Shown here one piece after another: positions 35,632-44,608 of a stretch of DNA of 64,000 bases. Source of the stretch: Paludibacteraceae bacterium (lineage in GTDB: Bacteria > Bacteroidota > Bacteroidia > Bacteroidales > Paludibacteraceae); assembly GCA_045660925.1 (NCBI GenBank), contig JAZREU010000005.1:2334-66333 (forward strand). Direction: 5' to 3'. Made by a program: the position numbers and the translations under genes. The notes below the pieces were generated by a model. The model had not been told where the DNA came from. It did not search any database and worked only from the letters and a program-made list of their open reading frames with translations. How positions within the stretch are numbered: position 1 is the first letter of the stretch; each line of letters starts with the position of its first letter.

Positions 35632-36990
35632 TTATTTATGCAATAAAATTTTGAAAGCATCTGCAACTCGGCTTACCTCCAGCACTTTTATCTTCAGTCC
35701 GTGCACATTATACTTCTGTCCAGCAGGAACAATAATCTGCTGAAAACCAAGCTTTTCCGCCTCTCGTATCCGTTGGTCAATACGATTAATAGGACGTATC
35801 TCACCTGCCAATCCTACTTCGCCCGTCACGCATGTTTGTTCGTCCAACGCAATATCCATATTCGACGACAATACCGCTGCCAACACCGCTAAATCAATAG
35901 CAGGGTCATTCACGCGCAGTCCGCCTGCGATATTCACAAACACATCTTTCTGCATGAGTTTGAAGCCCACACGTTTCTCCAGCACAGCCAAAAGCATATT
36001 CAGTCGCCTGCCGTCAAAGCCTGTGCTACTACGCTGTGGTGTACCGTATGCAGCACTCGCCACCAGTGCCTGTACCTCGATGAGCAATGGTCTCACACCC
36101 TCCACCGCAGCAGCGATAGCTATACCAGAAAGCCCTTCTCTATTGCTGGAGAGGAGCAACTCGCTCGGATTAACCACCTCGCGCAAGCCGTCCTGCTGCA
36201 TTTGGAAGATGCCCAACTCGCTTGTACTACCAAAACGATTCTTCTGCGCTCGTAAAATGCGATACATATAATGCTGGTCGCCTTCAAACTGCAAAACCGT
36301 ATCCACTATATGCTCCAGCACTTTGGGTCCCGCTAAGGAACCTTCTTTATTGATATGCCCAACAATGATAAATGGCACATTCTTCTCTTTGGCATATTGT
36401 AATATCCGAGCAGCACACTCGCGCACTTGGCTCAAACTACCTATACTCGCCTCAACAGCCTCTGTACCAATCGTCTGAATACTATCCACCACTACTATCT
36501 CGGGCTGTATATCCGTCACACTATCCAATATGCGTTCCAACGAAGTTTCCGCTAAGATATACAAATTCGATGCATCACCCGCCAATCGTTCTGCCCTTAG
36601 TTTTAGTTGCTTAACACTCTCCTCGCCACTCGCATAGAGCGTTTTCTTAGCTCCCATTTTCAGGAGTACTTGTAGTGCCAATGTGGATTTTCCTATTCCT
36701 GGCTCTCCACCCAGCAGCACCAAACTGCCAGGCACCAGTCCGCCACCTAATACACGATTGAGTTCCGACGAATGCATGTCAATGCGCATCTCTTCTTTCG
36801 CGTCCACTTCGTGCAAAAGTTGCGCTGTAGCACCTCGGCGAAGGCTGGCACCACCTTTCCCTTTTCCGATTTCCGTCTTCTGTTCCTCTTCGTATGTCCC
36901 CCACTCGCCACACACAGGGCAACGCCCAATCATCTGAGGTGCTTTTGCACCACAGTTGGAACACACATATTGCGTCGAAACTTTTGCCAT
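35632..36990 (-). CDS. radA: DNA repair protein RadA/Sms
   Basis: Zn finger CSNCGAKAPQMIGRCPVCGEWG, Walker A GGEPGIGKST, KNRFG motif, Lon-like C-terminal domain. Confidence 0.93.
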   Translation of the reverse strand: MAKVSTQYVCSNCGAKAPQMIGRCPVCGEWGTYEEEQKTEIGKGKGGASLRRGATAQLLHEVDAKEEMRIDMHSSELNRVLGGGLVPGSLVLLGGEPGIGKSTLALQVLLKMGAKKTLYASGEESVKQLKLRAERLAGDASNLYILAETSLERILDSVTDIQPEIVVVDSIQTIGTEAVEASIGSLSQVRECAARILQYAKEKNVPFIIVGHINKEGSLAGPKVLEHIVDTVLQFEGDQHYMYRILRAQKNRFGSTSELGIFQMQQDGLREVVNPSELLLSSNREGLSGIAIAAAVEGVRPLLIEVQALVASAAYGTPQRSSTGFDGRRLNMLLAVLEKRVGFKLMQKDVFVNIAGGLRVNDPAIDLAVLAAVLSSNMDIALDEQTCVTGEVGLAGEIRPINRIDQRIREAEKLGFQQIIVPAGQKYNVHGLKIKVLEVSRVADAFKILLHK

Positions 36991-37773
36991 TTATATCTCA
37001 AATGTTTTACATTCTTCTGCCAACACCGTATTTGCAAAGACCTCTTGTGCTTCGTTCAAAAATACCGTATGGTCGTCTTCGCGAGCACTAAAATGCCCCA
37101 CTATCAGTTTTCCCGCACCAGCCAGTTTAGCTATTTGCGCTGCTTGTTTCGCAGTGGAATGGGTATGCTTTTTGCACTTATCGGCATCTTTTTCGGTGTA
37201 TGTAGCCTCGTGATACAATACCTCGACACCCGCAATCTGTTCCACAATCTGCTCGCGGTATGCCGTGTCGGAACAATAAGCATAGCGTTTGCGAGGTTCC
37301 GTATCGCGGTGGTGTTCCGTGAAGAGGAAACCGCAAGTGGGCACCTTATGTTTGAGTGGAATAGTCTCAATGATCAGTGTTCTATCCTCAAAAATCACCT
37401 CACGCTTACGCGGATTAATCGTATGAAAAACAAGTTCATACGATAGATCTTGGCAATGATATTCCAGCCATGGGCGCAGCAGTTTCTCCAAATCGCCTTG
37501 CGCATAGATATGCAGCGGTTGTGTCCTACCCATCATGCCTAAGGTAGAAATCAGCCCTATCAATCCGAAGCAATGGTCACCATGTAAATGCGAAATCAGC
37601 ACTGTGTATAGCCGTGCCGTCTTCACGCCCAACTGCCGCATCTTCAACTGCGTACCTTCGCCGCAGTCCACCAAGAAGGACTTGTCGCACAACTCCACAA
37701 TCTGCCCAGAGGGCGAGTTCTGGAATGTCGGCATAGCGCTACCGCAACCTAATATAGTTAGTTTTCCTACCAC
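36991..37773 (-). CDS. rnz: Ribonuclease Z (metallo-beta-lactamase fold), GTG start
   Basis: Motifs LTILGCGSAMP and HLHGDH. Its stop codon abuts the radA start. Confidence 0.8.
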   Translation of the reverse strand: MVGKLTILGCGSAMPTFQNSPSGQIVELCDKSFLVDCGEGTQLKMRQLGVKTARLYTVLISHLHGDHCFGLIGLISTLGMMGRTQPLHIYAQGDLEKLLRPWLEYHCQDLSYELVFHTINPRKREVIFEDRTLIIETIPLKHKVPTCGFLFTEHHRDTEPRKRYAYCSDTAYREQIVEQIAGVEVLYHEATYTEKDADKCKKHTHSTAKQAAQIAKLAGAGKLIVGHFSAREDDHTVFLNEAQEVFANTVLAEECKTFEI

Positions 37774-37808
37774 TTTTCAGTTTTCACCTTTCAGTTTTCA
37801 CTTTCGCA
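37774..37808. repeat. Five 7-bp units, sense-strand (GAAAACT)-like, filling the exonuclease-rnz spacer
   Basis: Plus strand: ttttcag ttttcac ctttcag ttttcac tttcgca. It overlaps the last codons of the exonuclease gene. Confidence 0.8.
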
Positions 37809-38589
37809 AACTCAAGTAGATGCGTGTAAAGACATTCTTGGTATATTGTGGAAAATCGCCATTCTGAATCCAACCATAGTATCCAGGGTCGCGGCGGAAC
37901 ACATCCGCAACGCGTTGCCCTTTGTACTTACCAAAGTTGAACACCTCTACGCCTTGCGCATCATATGCGATACGACCTGCAAAGTCCGCAAAACGGGCAT
38001 TGCCAGCTGTAAACTCCGCCAGTCCGTCCACATCTGTGGGTATATCATACTTCTCCAACTGCGCCATCAGCACCTCGTAGGTTGCCATGGTATCAGCATC
38101 AGCCGAGTGCGCATTGGTCAGGTCTTTTCCGCAATAGAACTTGTAGGCAGCCACCAAGTTGCGTGGTTCTTGACGCTGGAAGATAGTGAAAACATCCACC
38201 ATTTTCTTTTGCTTTAGGTCGATATTCACGCCAGCGCGCATCATTTCCTCTGCCAGCAATGGAAGGTCGAAGTGATTGGAGTTATATCCCGCCAAATCAG
38301 CATCTTCCAGCACACGCACCAACTCGGGTGCGATTTCCTTGAAGGTTGGGCAATTCACCAGATCCTCGTCATAGATTCCGTGCACAGCACTCGCCTCTTC
38401 AGAGATATGCAACTGCACCTCTTGCCCCAACATCATTTGTACTGGTTTTACGCGGAAAGTCTTCCCCTCCGAACAGCCGTTGGGGAAGACCTTATAATAA
38501 CTCAACTCGACAATCCTGTCGGATGCGATATTTAGTCCCGTAGTCTCCAAATCAAAGAAGACCAGCGGGCGAGTCAATTGTAACTTCAT
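37798..38589 (-). CDS. DnaQ-like 3'-5' exonuclease
   Basis: ExoI motif VFFDLETTGL and ExoIII motif HSADADT. The ATG at 38589 is preferred to the TTG at 38595. Confidence 0.85.
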   Translation of the reverse strand: MKLQLTRPLVFFDLETTGLNIASDRIVELSYYKVFPNGCSEGKTFRVKPVQMMLGQEVQLHISEEASAVHGIYDEDLVNCPTFKEIAPELVRVLEDADLAGYNSNHFDLPLLAEEMMRAGVNIDLKQKKMVDVFTIFQRQEPRNLVAAYKFYCGKDLTNAHSADADTMATYEVLMAQLEKYDIPTDVDGLAEFTAGNARFADFAGRIAYDAQGVEVFNFGKYKGQRVADVFRRDPGYYGWIQNGDFPQYTKNVFTRIYLSLRK

Positions 38590-38604
38590 TCGCAACCCAC
38601 AAAA

Positions 38605-39726
38605 TTAGTCATTCAAAAGCATTGGCATAAGCAATACAAGCAAGTCTTGACCTTCCTCGTTCTCCGCTGGCAAAATCAAACCAGCACGAGCAGGGTCAGC
38701 CAATTGCAGAACCACTTCTTGCGAAGCTACATTCGCCAATATCTCAATCAAGAATGGTGCCTTGAAGCCGATGGCCATTGGCATGCCAGCATAATCGCAA
38801 CTGATAGTCTCCTCTGCTGAAGTAGAGAAGTCAATATCTTGTGCAGAAATCTTGATTTGATTCTCGCTCAACGCCAATTTCAGCAAGCTGGTACCCGTAT
38901 TTGCAAACACAGCCACACGCTTGCAGGCATTCACAATCGTTTGGCGATCCACCAACACCTTATTGGTATTATTTTGTGGAATCACAGCATTGTAATTAGG
39001 GAAGCGGCCCTCGATTTGACGGCATACAATCACGGTTGTGCCAAACTCGAACTTCGCATTCTTCTGACCAAAAGTCACTTTCACTTCTTCTGCCTCTTTT
39101 TGCAACACTTGCTTGAGCAATTGTGCTGGTTTCTTTGGCAAAATAAAGCTAACCGCTTGCGCTGCCTTCACACCCTCGTTGATATAACGAACCAAACGAT
39201 GCGCATCGGTAGCCACCATAGCTATTTTCTCCTCGCTCAAGTCGAAGTAGATACCATTCATCACTGGGCGCAACTCATCATCCGCGGTGCAGAAAATAGT
39301 TTTATTGATTGCCTCCAACAACACATTTGCTGGCATGGAGAAAGTATTATCGCCCTCTTCTACTGGCATCTCTGGATATTCCAAACCATTCGCGCCCACG
39401 AAACTATATGTACCATTTGCGCTGGTAATATTCAAACCAAAGTTCTGCTCATCTATTTGGAAGGTCAATGGTTGCTCAGAGAATTCCTTCAGCGTCTCCA
39501 ACAACAACTTGCCACCTACTGCCACTTTACCTGCACCTTGTGCATCTTCCACGGTCAAGGAAGTGCGAATAGTTGTCTCACTATCCGAAGCGGTTAAGGT
39601 CAGCACATCGCCTTCGAGGTCAAACAACACAGCTTCCAAAATCTGCAAACTATTCTTTGCAGCAATCACACGACTCACTGCTTGCAACTGAGCAAACAAT
39701 TTCGAGCTTGATACATTAAATTTCAT
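38605..39726 (-). CDS. dnaN: DNA polymerase III beta sliding clamp
   Basis: 373 aa with three-domain clamp periodicity. N-terminus MKFNVSSSKLFAQLQAVSRVI. Confidence 0.92.
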   Translation of the reverse strand: MKFNVSSSKLFAQLQAVSRVIAAKNSLQILEAVLFDLEGDVLTLTASDSETTIRTSLTVEDAQGAGKVAVGGKLLLETLKEFSEQPLTFQIDEQNFGLNITSANGTYSFVGANGLEYPEMPVEEGDNTFSMPANVLLEAINKTIFCTADDELRPVMNGIYFDLSEEKIAMVATDAHRLVRYINEGVKAAQAVSFILPKKPAQLLKQVLQKEAEEVKVTFGQKNAKFEFGTTVIVCRQIEGRFPNYNAVIPQNNTNKVLVDRQTIVNACKRVAVFANTGTSLLKLALSENQIKISAQDIDFSTSAEETISCDYAGMPMAIGFKAPFLIEILANVASQEVVLQLADPARAGLILPAENEEGQDLLVLLMPMLLND

Positions 39727-39766
39727 ATTCTTTCAGTTTTAATTATATACTTTTTGATTTTGCCTG

Positions 39767-39798
39767 CAAAGATACAAAAAAAATGCCATTTATGCAAA
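39767..39798 (-). promoter_or_regulatory. dnaN operon promoter
   Basis: Reverse strand: TTTG (39798-39795), 20 nt, TATCTTTG (39774-39767). Confidence 0.6.
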
Positions 39799-39801
39799 TT
39801 A

Positions 39802-39833
39802 TTTGTACATTTTATTTATTTTTTGTACCTTTG
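39802..39833 (+). promoter_or_regulatory. murI promoter, back to back with the dnaN promoter
   Basis: TTTG (39802-39805), 20 nt, TACCTTTG (39826-39833). The two -33 elements are 3 nt apart (CAAATTATTTG). Confidence 0.6.
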
Positions 39834-39854
39834 CACCCAAAATACGTATCTTTC

Positions 39855-39882
39855 AACTGTAAACTGAAAACTGAAAACTGCT
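39855..39882. repeat. Four 7-bp units (AACTGAA) ending at the murI start codon
   Basis: aactgta aactgaa aactgaa aactgct, then TTG. Confidence 0.8.
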
Positions 39883-40755
39883 TTGATTGGTATTTTCGAC
39901 AGCGGTTACGGCGGACTGACTATCCTGAATCACATTCGCCAACATCTCCCCCAGTACGACTATCTCTACTTGGGCGACAATGCGCGTGCGCCCTACGGAA
40001 CACGCTCGTTTGATGTCATTTATGAATACACCCTTCAGGCGGTCAATTTCCTGCACCAGCAGGGTTGCAATCTCATAATCCTTGCCTGCAACACCGCCAG
40101 CGCCAAGGCGCTTCGTACCATTCAGCAGCATGACATCAACCCCGACAAGTTGCGTGTTTTGGGCGTTATCCGTCCCACGGTAGAGGTCATTCCGCAGCGC
40201 ACGCGCACCAAACACATTGGCGTACTCGCTACACCAGGCACTGTAGCTTCAGAGAGTTATGTCATCGAACTTCTCAAGCAAGACCCTACTCTGACTGTCA
40301 CCCAGCAGGCATGCCCCATGTGGGTACCGCTGATTGAGTCAGGCGAACACCTTCATGCGGGCGCCGACTATTTCGTAGAGAAATACCTCACCGAGCTTCT
40401 CACCCGCGACCCGCTGATTGACACCATTATTTTGGGTTGCACCCATTATCCCCTACTCCAACCCAAGATTGAAGCGTTTCTTGAAAAATACGAACAGACC
40501 AAACTCTTAATTCAAAATTCAAAATTCAAAATTATCTCTCAGGGCGAAATTGTCGCGCATAGTTTAGCCGACTATCTACACCGCCATCCTGAAATCGCCG
40601 AACGCGCTTTGAAAAACAGACACATCCTTGAAGAAAATTCAAAATTCAAAATTCAAAATTCAAAATTCCTTACTACCGAATCAGCCACCAAGTTTGCAGA
40701 ATCGGCATCACTTTTCCTCTCCGAACCTATTACCGCGCAACATATTGAGTTGTGA
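39883..40755 (+). CDS. murI: Glutamate racemase, TTG start, with two in-frame heptad-repeat insertions
   Basis: Motifs IGIFDSGYGGLT, LACNTASA, GCTHYP. An in-frame stop at 39865 excludes a longer N-terminus. Confidence 0.9.
   Translation: MIGIFDSGYGGLTILNHIRQHLPQYDYLYLGDNARAPYGTRSFDVIYEYTLQAVNFLHQQGCNLIILACNTASAKALRTIQQHDINPDKLRVLGVIRPTVEVIPQRTRTKHIGVLATPGTVASESYVIELLKQDPTLTVTQQACPMWVPLIESGEHLHAGADYFVEKYLTELLTRDPLIDTIILGCTHYPLLQPKIEAFLEKYEQTKLLIQNSKFKIISQGEIVAHSLADYLHRHPEIAERALKNRHILEENSKFKIQNSKFLTTESATKFAESASLFLSEPITAQHIEL
40509..40533 (+). repeat. (AATTCAA) x3.5 inside murI, translated as NSKFKI
   Basis: aattcaa aattcaa aattcaa aatt. Confidence 0.9.
40636..40668 (+). repeat. (AATTCAA) x4.7 inside murI, translated as NSKFKIQNSKF
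   Basis: aattcaa aattcaa aattcaa aattcaa aattc. Confidence 0.9.
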
Positions 40756-40793
40756 TAGTCTATTTTCTTTTGTCTGCAAATCTCTCATCTGTT

Positions 40794-40848
40794 ACGCACT
40801 ATTCACGCACTATACACGCACAATAGACGCACAATACACGCACAATTC
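40794..40848. repeat. Five tandem 11-bp units downstream of murI
   Basis: Units: acgcactattc acgcactatac acgcacaatag acgcacaatac acgcacaattc. Confidence 0.9.
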
Positions 40849-40894
40849 CTATCACTTCCGCGAAGGATCGCTGGCAGATACATAAACAAAAAAA

Positions 40895-40921
40895 ATCGTT
40901 CCCTTGGTAAAAGAGAACGAT
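40895..40921. terminator. Bidirectional terminator between murI and the FISUMP-like gene
   Basis: ATCGTTC ... GAACGAT stem flanked by A8 and T7 runs. Confidence 0.65.
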
Positions 40922-41024
40922 TTTTTTGTGTGGATTTGTTATTGGTTACTCAACAATAAAGGAATTGCTTTCGCCGTTTACTTCAAAGAAGTACATGCCG
41001 ATGTGGGACTACTTCCATTCAAAA

Positions 41025-41876
41025 TTACAACTCTCTTACAAGACGAACACTCAATCCCATACTGCGATTGAGATTATCTATATCCGCGCCATTAGAGAAG
41101 AATTGGAAAATGCAAGCACTATAGTCATTATACGAAGAGGCAGTCCAATAGCAACCATAAAATTGCACCAAATCCGTTTGCGAAACATATCGACTACCCG
41201 CAGCAGGTAGAAAAATCGCTCCTGCTTGTTCCATTTTTGACCAATCGGAATGACTGATTTTTTGGTATGCAGCATAATATGTGTCATTGCGCTCAGTATG
41301 AAAACCAGCTTGGAAGCCAACACCTTCTGGACAAGTCCAATCATCAGGTAAAAGAATCAATCCATTTACTTCATTTATTTGAGCAACACCTATAAGCCTT
41401 TCTGCATCATTACGCTCATAGCGCAAATAATGCCATTCTTTGTCTGTCAATGTACGCCATATGTAGGGAGTGTCATTCCCAATTTGATTAATCCCCCAAT
41501 CCGTAAATATGTAAGTCTCTCCACCTCCACTAATGTTCGTTGGATTGCTACCTGTACCCCAACCAAACAAATCTATCCAGCCATCGAAAGTGTCTGATAT
41601 ATTATCATTTGCCCCGCCAATACAATCCGTTTGAAATTCCGCAAAACGCCATTCATTGTTCGTTGGATGATATTGCAAATTACCTTTGGAAAATACCACT
41701 TTTTTATTTACATCCACCGAAAAAGCACCTTCCACATCCTCAAAAAAAGTAATACTATCAATAATAGCCACAGGGTAGTCAGTAATACTACCTTTAATCC
41801 AAATGCGCATTTTTGTTTGCGCTGATAGTCCCAACACAAACGAAAATACAAACATCAAACACCACAACTTTTTCAT
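41025..41876 (-). CDS. Secreted protein with a FISUMP-like (Fibrobacter succinogenes major paralogous) domain
   Basis: Signal peptide MKKLWCLMFVFSFVLGLSAQ. C-terminal pattern IFLPAAGSRY...GCYWTASS...GLSVRLVREL. Confidence 0.65.
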   Translation of the reverse strand: MKKLWCLMFVFSFVLGLSAQTKMRIWIKGSITDYPVAIIDSITFFEDVEGAFSVDVNKKVVFSKGNLQYHPTNNEWRFAEFQTDCIGGANDNISDTFDGWIDLFGWGTGSNPTNISGGGETYIFTDWGINQIGNDTPYIWRTLTDKEWHYLRYERNDAERLIGVAQINEVNGLILLPDDWTCPEGVGFQAGFHTERNDTYYAAYQKISHSDWSKMEQAGAIFLPAAGSRYVSQTDLVQFYGCYWTASSYNDYSACIFQFFSNGADIDNLNRSMGLSVRLVREL

Positions 41877-41937
41877 ATACATATTCATTGACAAAGACAA
41901 GCCAAGAATTTCTTGGCTTGTCTTTATTTTCTCATTC

Positions 41938-43713
41938 TTAAATGCCCATACTTGCTTTGATAGCAGGTACTTTGGCTTCGGCTTCGGCTACGGCTTTGTC
42001 GTAGTCGGCTGGAGTTGGCATCTGAGATGGAATCTCGAAGTAGAACTTGATCTTTGGCTCGGTACCACTTGGGCGAACAGAAATCTTCATGCCACCTTCG
42101 GTGAAGTATTGGAGCACATTGCTGGTTGCATTGAGTGCCATCACGATAGGTGTCTCTACCCACTCGCCATTCACCAATTCGCGTTGAACGAGGGTCTTGA
42201 AGTCTTTAGACTTAACCACCTTCTCGCCAGCGATCTCTACAGGAGGATTTTGGCGGTAGTTGACCATCATGGCTTGAATCTCCTCTGCGCCTGACTTACC
42301 AGGGCGAACGACATTGATAGTCGTCTCGCGTTGGAAGCCGTACTCCATATACATATTAAGGAGATAATCATAGAGGGTCATGCCGTTGTCCTTCGCATAA
42401 GCTGCAATCTCGCAGATGAGGCAGATAGCAGAAGGAGAACATTTATCGCGTACACCATCGAATGCTAAGAAGCCAAAGCTCTCTTCGCCACCGCCGATGT
42501 ATTTGTGGGTACCTTCCCACTCGCGGATACGGTTGGCAATCCACTTGAAGCCTGTATATTCGTCGGTCAAAGTCACGCCTTGTGCGTCTGCCATCTTGCG
42601 AATTAACTCGCTGGTAACGATGGTCTTAACGAGGTAGTGCTCAGGGCGAAGTTTGCCGAGTTTCTTCATATTATTGATGATGTAGTAGCAGTACATCATG
42701 CAGGTTTGGTTGCCGTTGATGATAGTCCACTCGCCTTTGTCATTGCGGCAAACTATGGCGATACGGTCAGCATCTGGGTCAGAAGCGATGACGAGGTCGG
42801 CGTTGAGTTGGGTACCAAGGTTCATACCCATGGTCATTGCCTCCGCGTTCTCTGGGTTAGGACTTTGCACGGTAGAGAAATTGCCATCGATGACCATTTG
42901 CTCAGGCACGACGTGGATATTCTCGAATCCCCAAGAGCGAAGGCACATAGGGATGATTTGGCGTCCTGCACCGTGGAGAGGGGTATAAACGATGTTGAGG
43001 TCTTTTTGACGGAGAATGGTCTCTTGGTCAATCATGACGGTCTTCACAGCTTGCATGTAGTCGTAGTCCATCTCGCCGCCAATGATCTCGATAAGATGCT
43101 CATTGCCAGTCATTTTCACATCAGCGAGGGTCACTTTGTTCACCTCGTCGATGATACCTTGGTCGTGTGGTTGGAGCACTTGGCTACCGTCCTCCCAATA
43201 CGCTTTGTAACCATTATACTCTTTTGGGTTGTGGCTTGCTGTCACATTCACACCACCTTGTGCAGACAAATGGCGAATAGCGAAACTAACCTCTGGTGTT
43301 GGGCGCAAACTCTCGAAGAGATACACTTTTATGCCATTTGCAGCAAATACTTTCGCTACTGTTTCAGCAAACAAACGACCATTGTTTCGGCAGTCATGAC
43401 CTACCACCACGCTCACGGTGTCGCCCTTCAAGGTTTCAAAACCGCCTTCCTTTTGCACTTTGAGCAAATAATTGGCGTAACCTTGTGTAGCTTGTGCCAC
43501 CACATATTGATTCATACGATTGGTACCAGGACCCATAATGCCACGCAACCCACCTGTACCAAACTCCAATGTGCGATAAAAGCTATCAATAAGTTCGGTC
43601 TTATCTTCCGCCTCTATCATTGCTTTCACTGCCTCTTGTGTCTCCACATCATAAGGCGCTTTGGTCCATTGCTCAGCAATGGCTAATACGTTTTGAAGTT
43701 CTTCGTTTTTCAT
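41938..43713 (-). CDS. Phosphoglucomutase/phosphomannomutase-family phospho-sugar mutase
   Basis: Active-site loop VNVTASHNPKEYNGYK and metal loop ASDPDADR. 591 aa. Confidence 0.9.
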   Translation of the reverse strand: MKNEELQNVLAIAEQWTKAPYDVETQEAVKAMIEAEDKTELIDSFYRTLEFGTGGLRGIMGPGTNRMNQYVVAQATQGYANYLLKVQKEGGFETLKGDTVSVVVGHDCRNNGRLFAETVAKVFAANGIKVYLFESLRPTPEVSFAIRHLSAQGGVNVTASHNPKEYNGYKAYWEDGSQVLQPHDQGIIDEVNKVTLADVKMTGNEHLIEIIGGEMDYDYMQAVKTVMIDQETILRQKDLNIVYTPLHGAGRQIIPMCLRSWGFENIHVVPEQMVIDGNFSTVQSPNPENAEAMTMGMNLGTQLNADLVIASDPDADRIAIVCRNDKGEWTIINGNQTCMMYCYYIINNMKKLGKLRPEHYLVKTIVTSELIRKMADAQGVTLTDEYTGFKWIANRIREWEGTHKYIGGGEESFGFLAFDGVRDKCSPSAICLICEIAAYAKDNGMTLYDYLLNMYMEYGFQRETTINVVRPGKSGAEEIQAMMVNYRQNPPVEIAGEKVVKSKDFKTLVQRELVNGEWVETPIVMALNATSNVLQYFTEGGMKISVRPSGTEPKIKFYFEIPSQMPTPADYDKAVAEAEAKVPAIKASMGI

Positions 43714-43804
43714 TGTTGTATTTCTTTAAATAATTATCCGTTCATACCTATAGCCAATTACCCATAGCCAATAATCCATAGTCAACTGCCTACTTTATCG
43801 CCTA

Positions 43805-43836
43805 CAAAGGTACTACTTTTTTTTCAATTATGCAAA
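43805..43836 (-). promoter_or_regulatory. Phospho-sugar mutase promoter
   Basis: Reverse strand: TTTG (43836-43833), 20 nt, TACCTTTG (43812-43805). Confidence 0.6.
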
Positions 43837-43884
43837 CACTATACCAAAAACTCCTATTTTTTTCATAAGAAAATACCCCTCACA

Positions 43885-43916
43885 CTTGCAAATATGCGAA
43901 AAAAGTAGTACTTTTG
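43885..43916 (+). promoter_or_regulatory. hpt promoter
   Basis: CTTG (43885-43888), 20 nt, TACTTTTG (43909-43916). Confidence 0.5.
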
Positions 43917-43944
43917 TGCATTAATTTGAAATACTTCTCATTCC

Positions 43945-44484
43945 ATGCAGAGCGTAACAGTCAACAATCTCATCTTTGATGAGTATTTGTCCCAACAAGA
44001 GATTGCCACTATCGTATCCGAAGTAGCGGAGCGTATCAACACCGATTATGCAGGTCGCGAGCCACTATTTATCTGCGTTCTCAATGGTGCATTCGTCTAT
44101 GCATCCGACCTCTTCAAGCAAATCACCCTACCCGCCGAAATCACTTTCGTTCGCCTCAAATCCTACGAAGGCACTGCCACTACGGGTAAGGTAAATATGC
44201 TTGTTCCTTTGCAAACGCCAATCAAAGACCGCGACATTATTGTCATTGAGGACATTGTGGACACTGGACTCACGATGCACGGCTTTATTCAGCAGCTCAG
44301 AGAGGAGGGTGCGCGTTCGGTGGAACTAACCTCTTTTCTCTTCAAGCCCGACTCGCTGCAATTCCCTGATGCCACACCTAAATATATTGGCAAATCCATT
44401 CCCACCAAATTCGTTTTGGGCTATGGATTGGACTTCGATGAGAAAGGACGCAACTTGCCATCGTTGTACACACTACGAAAATAA
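43945..44484 (+). CDS. hpt: Hypoxanthine phosphoribosyltransferase
   Basis: PRPP-binding loop DIIVIEDIVDTGLT. 179 aa. Confidence 0.9.
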   Translation: MQSVTVNNLIFDEYLSQQEIATIVSEVAERINTDYAGREPLFICVLNGAFVYASDLFKQITLPAEITFVRLKSYEGTATTGKVNMLVPLQTPIKDRDIIVIEDIVDTGLTMHGFIQQLREEGARSVELTSFLFKPDSLQFPDATPKYIGKSIPTKFVLGYGLDFDEKGRNLPSLYTLRK

Positions 44485-44555
44485 GCCCGTTTTTGCTCAC
44501 TCGGAACTACAAAAAGGAGCAATTTGAGGTATTTTTGCATTTTTTTGCCAAAATA

Positions 44556-44587
44556 TTTGGTCATATCAAAAAAAAGCAGTACCTTTG
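44556..44587 (+). promoter_or_regulatory. tRNA-Arg promoter
   Basis: TTTG (44556-44559), 20 nt, TACCTTTG (44580-44587). Confidence 0.6.
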
Positions 44588-44608
44588 CAGTCGCTTTTGA
44601 AAAGCAAT

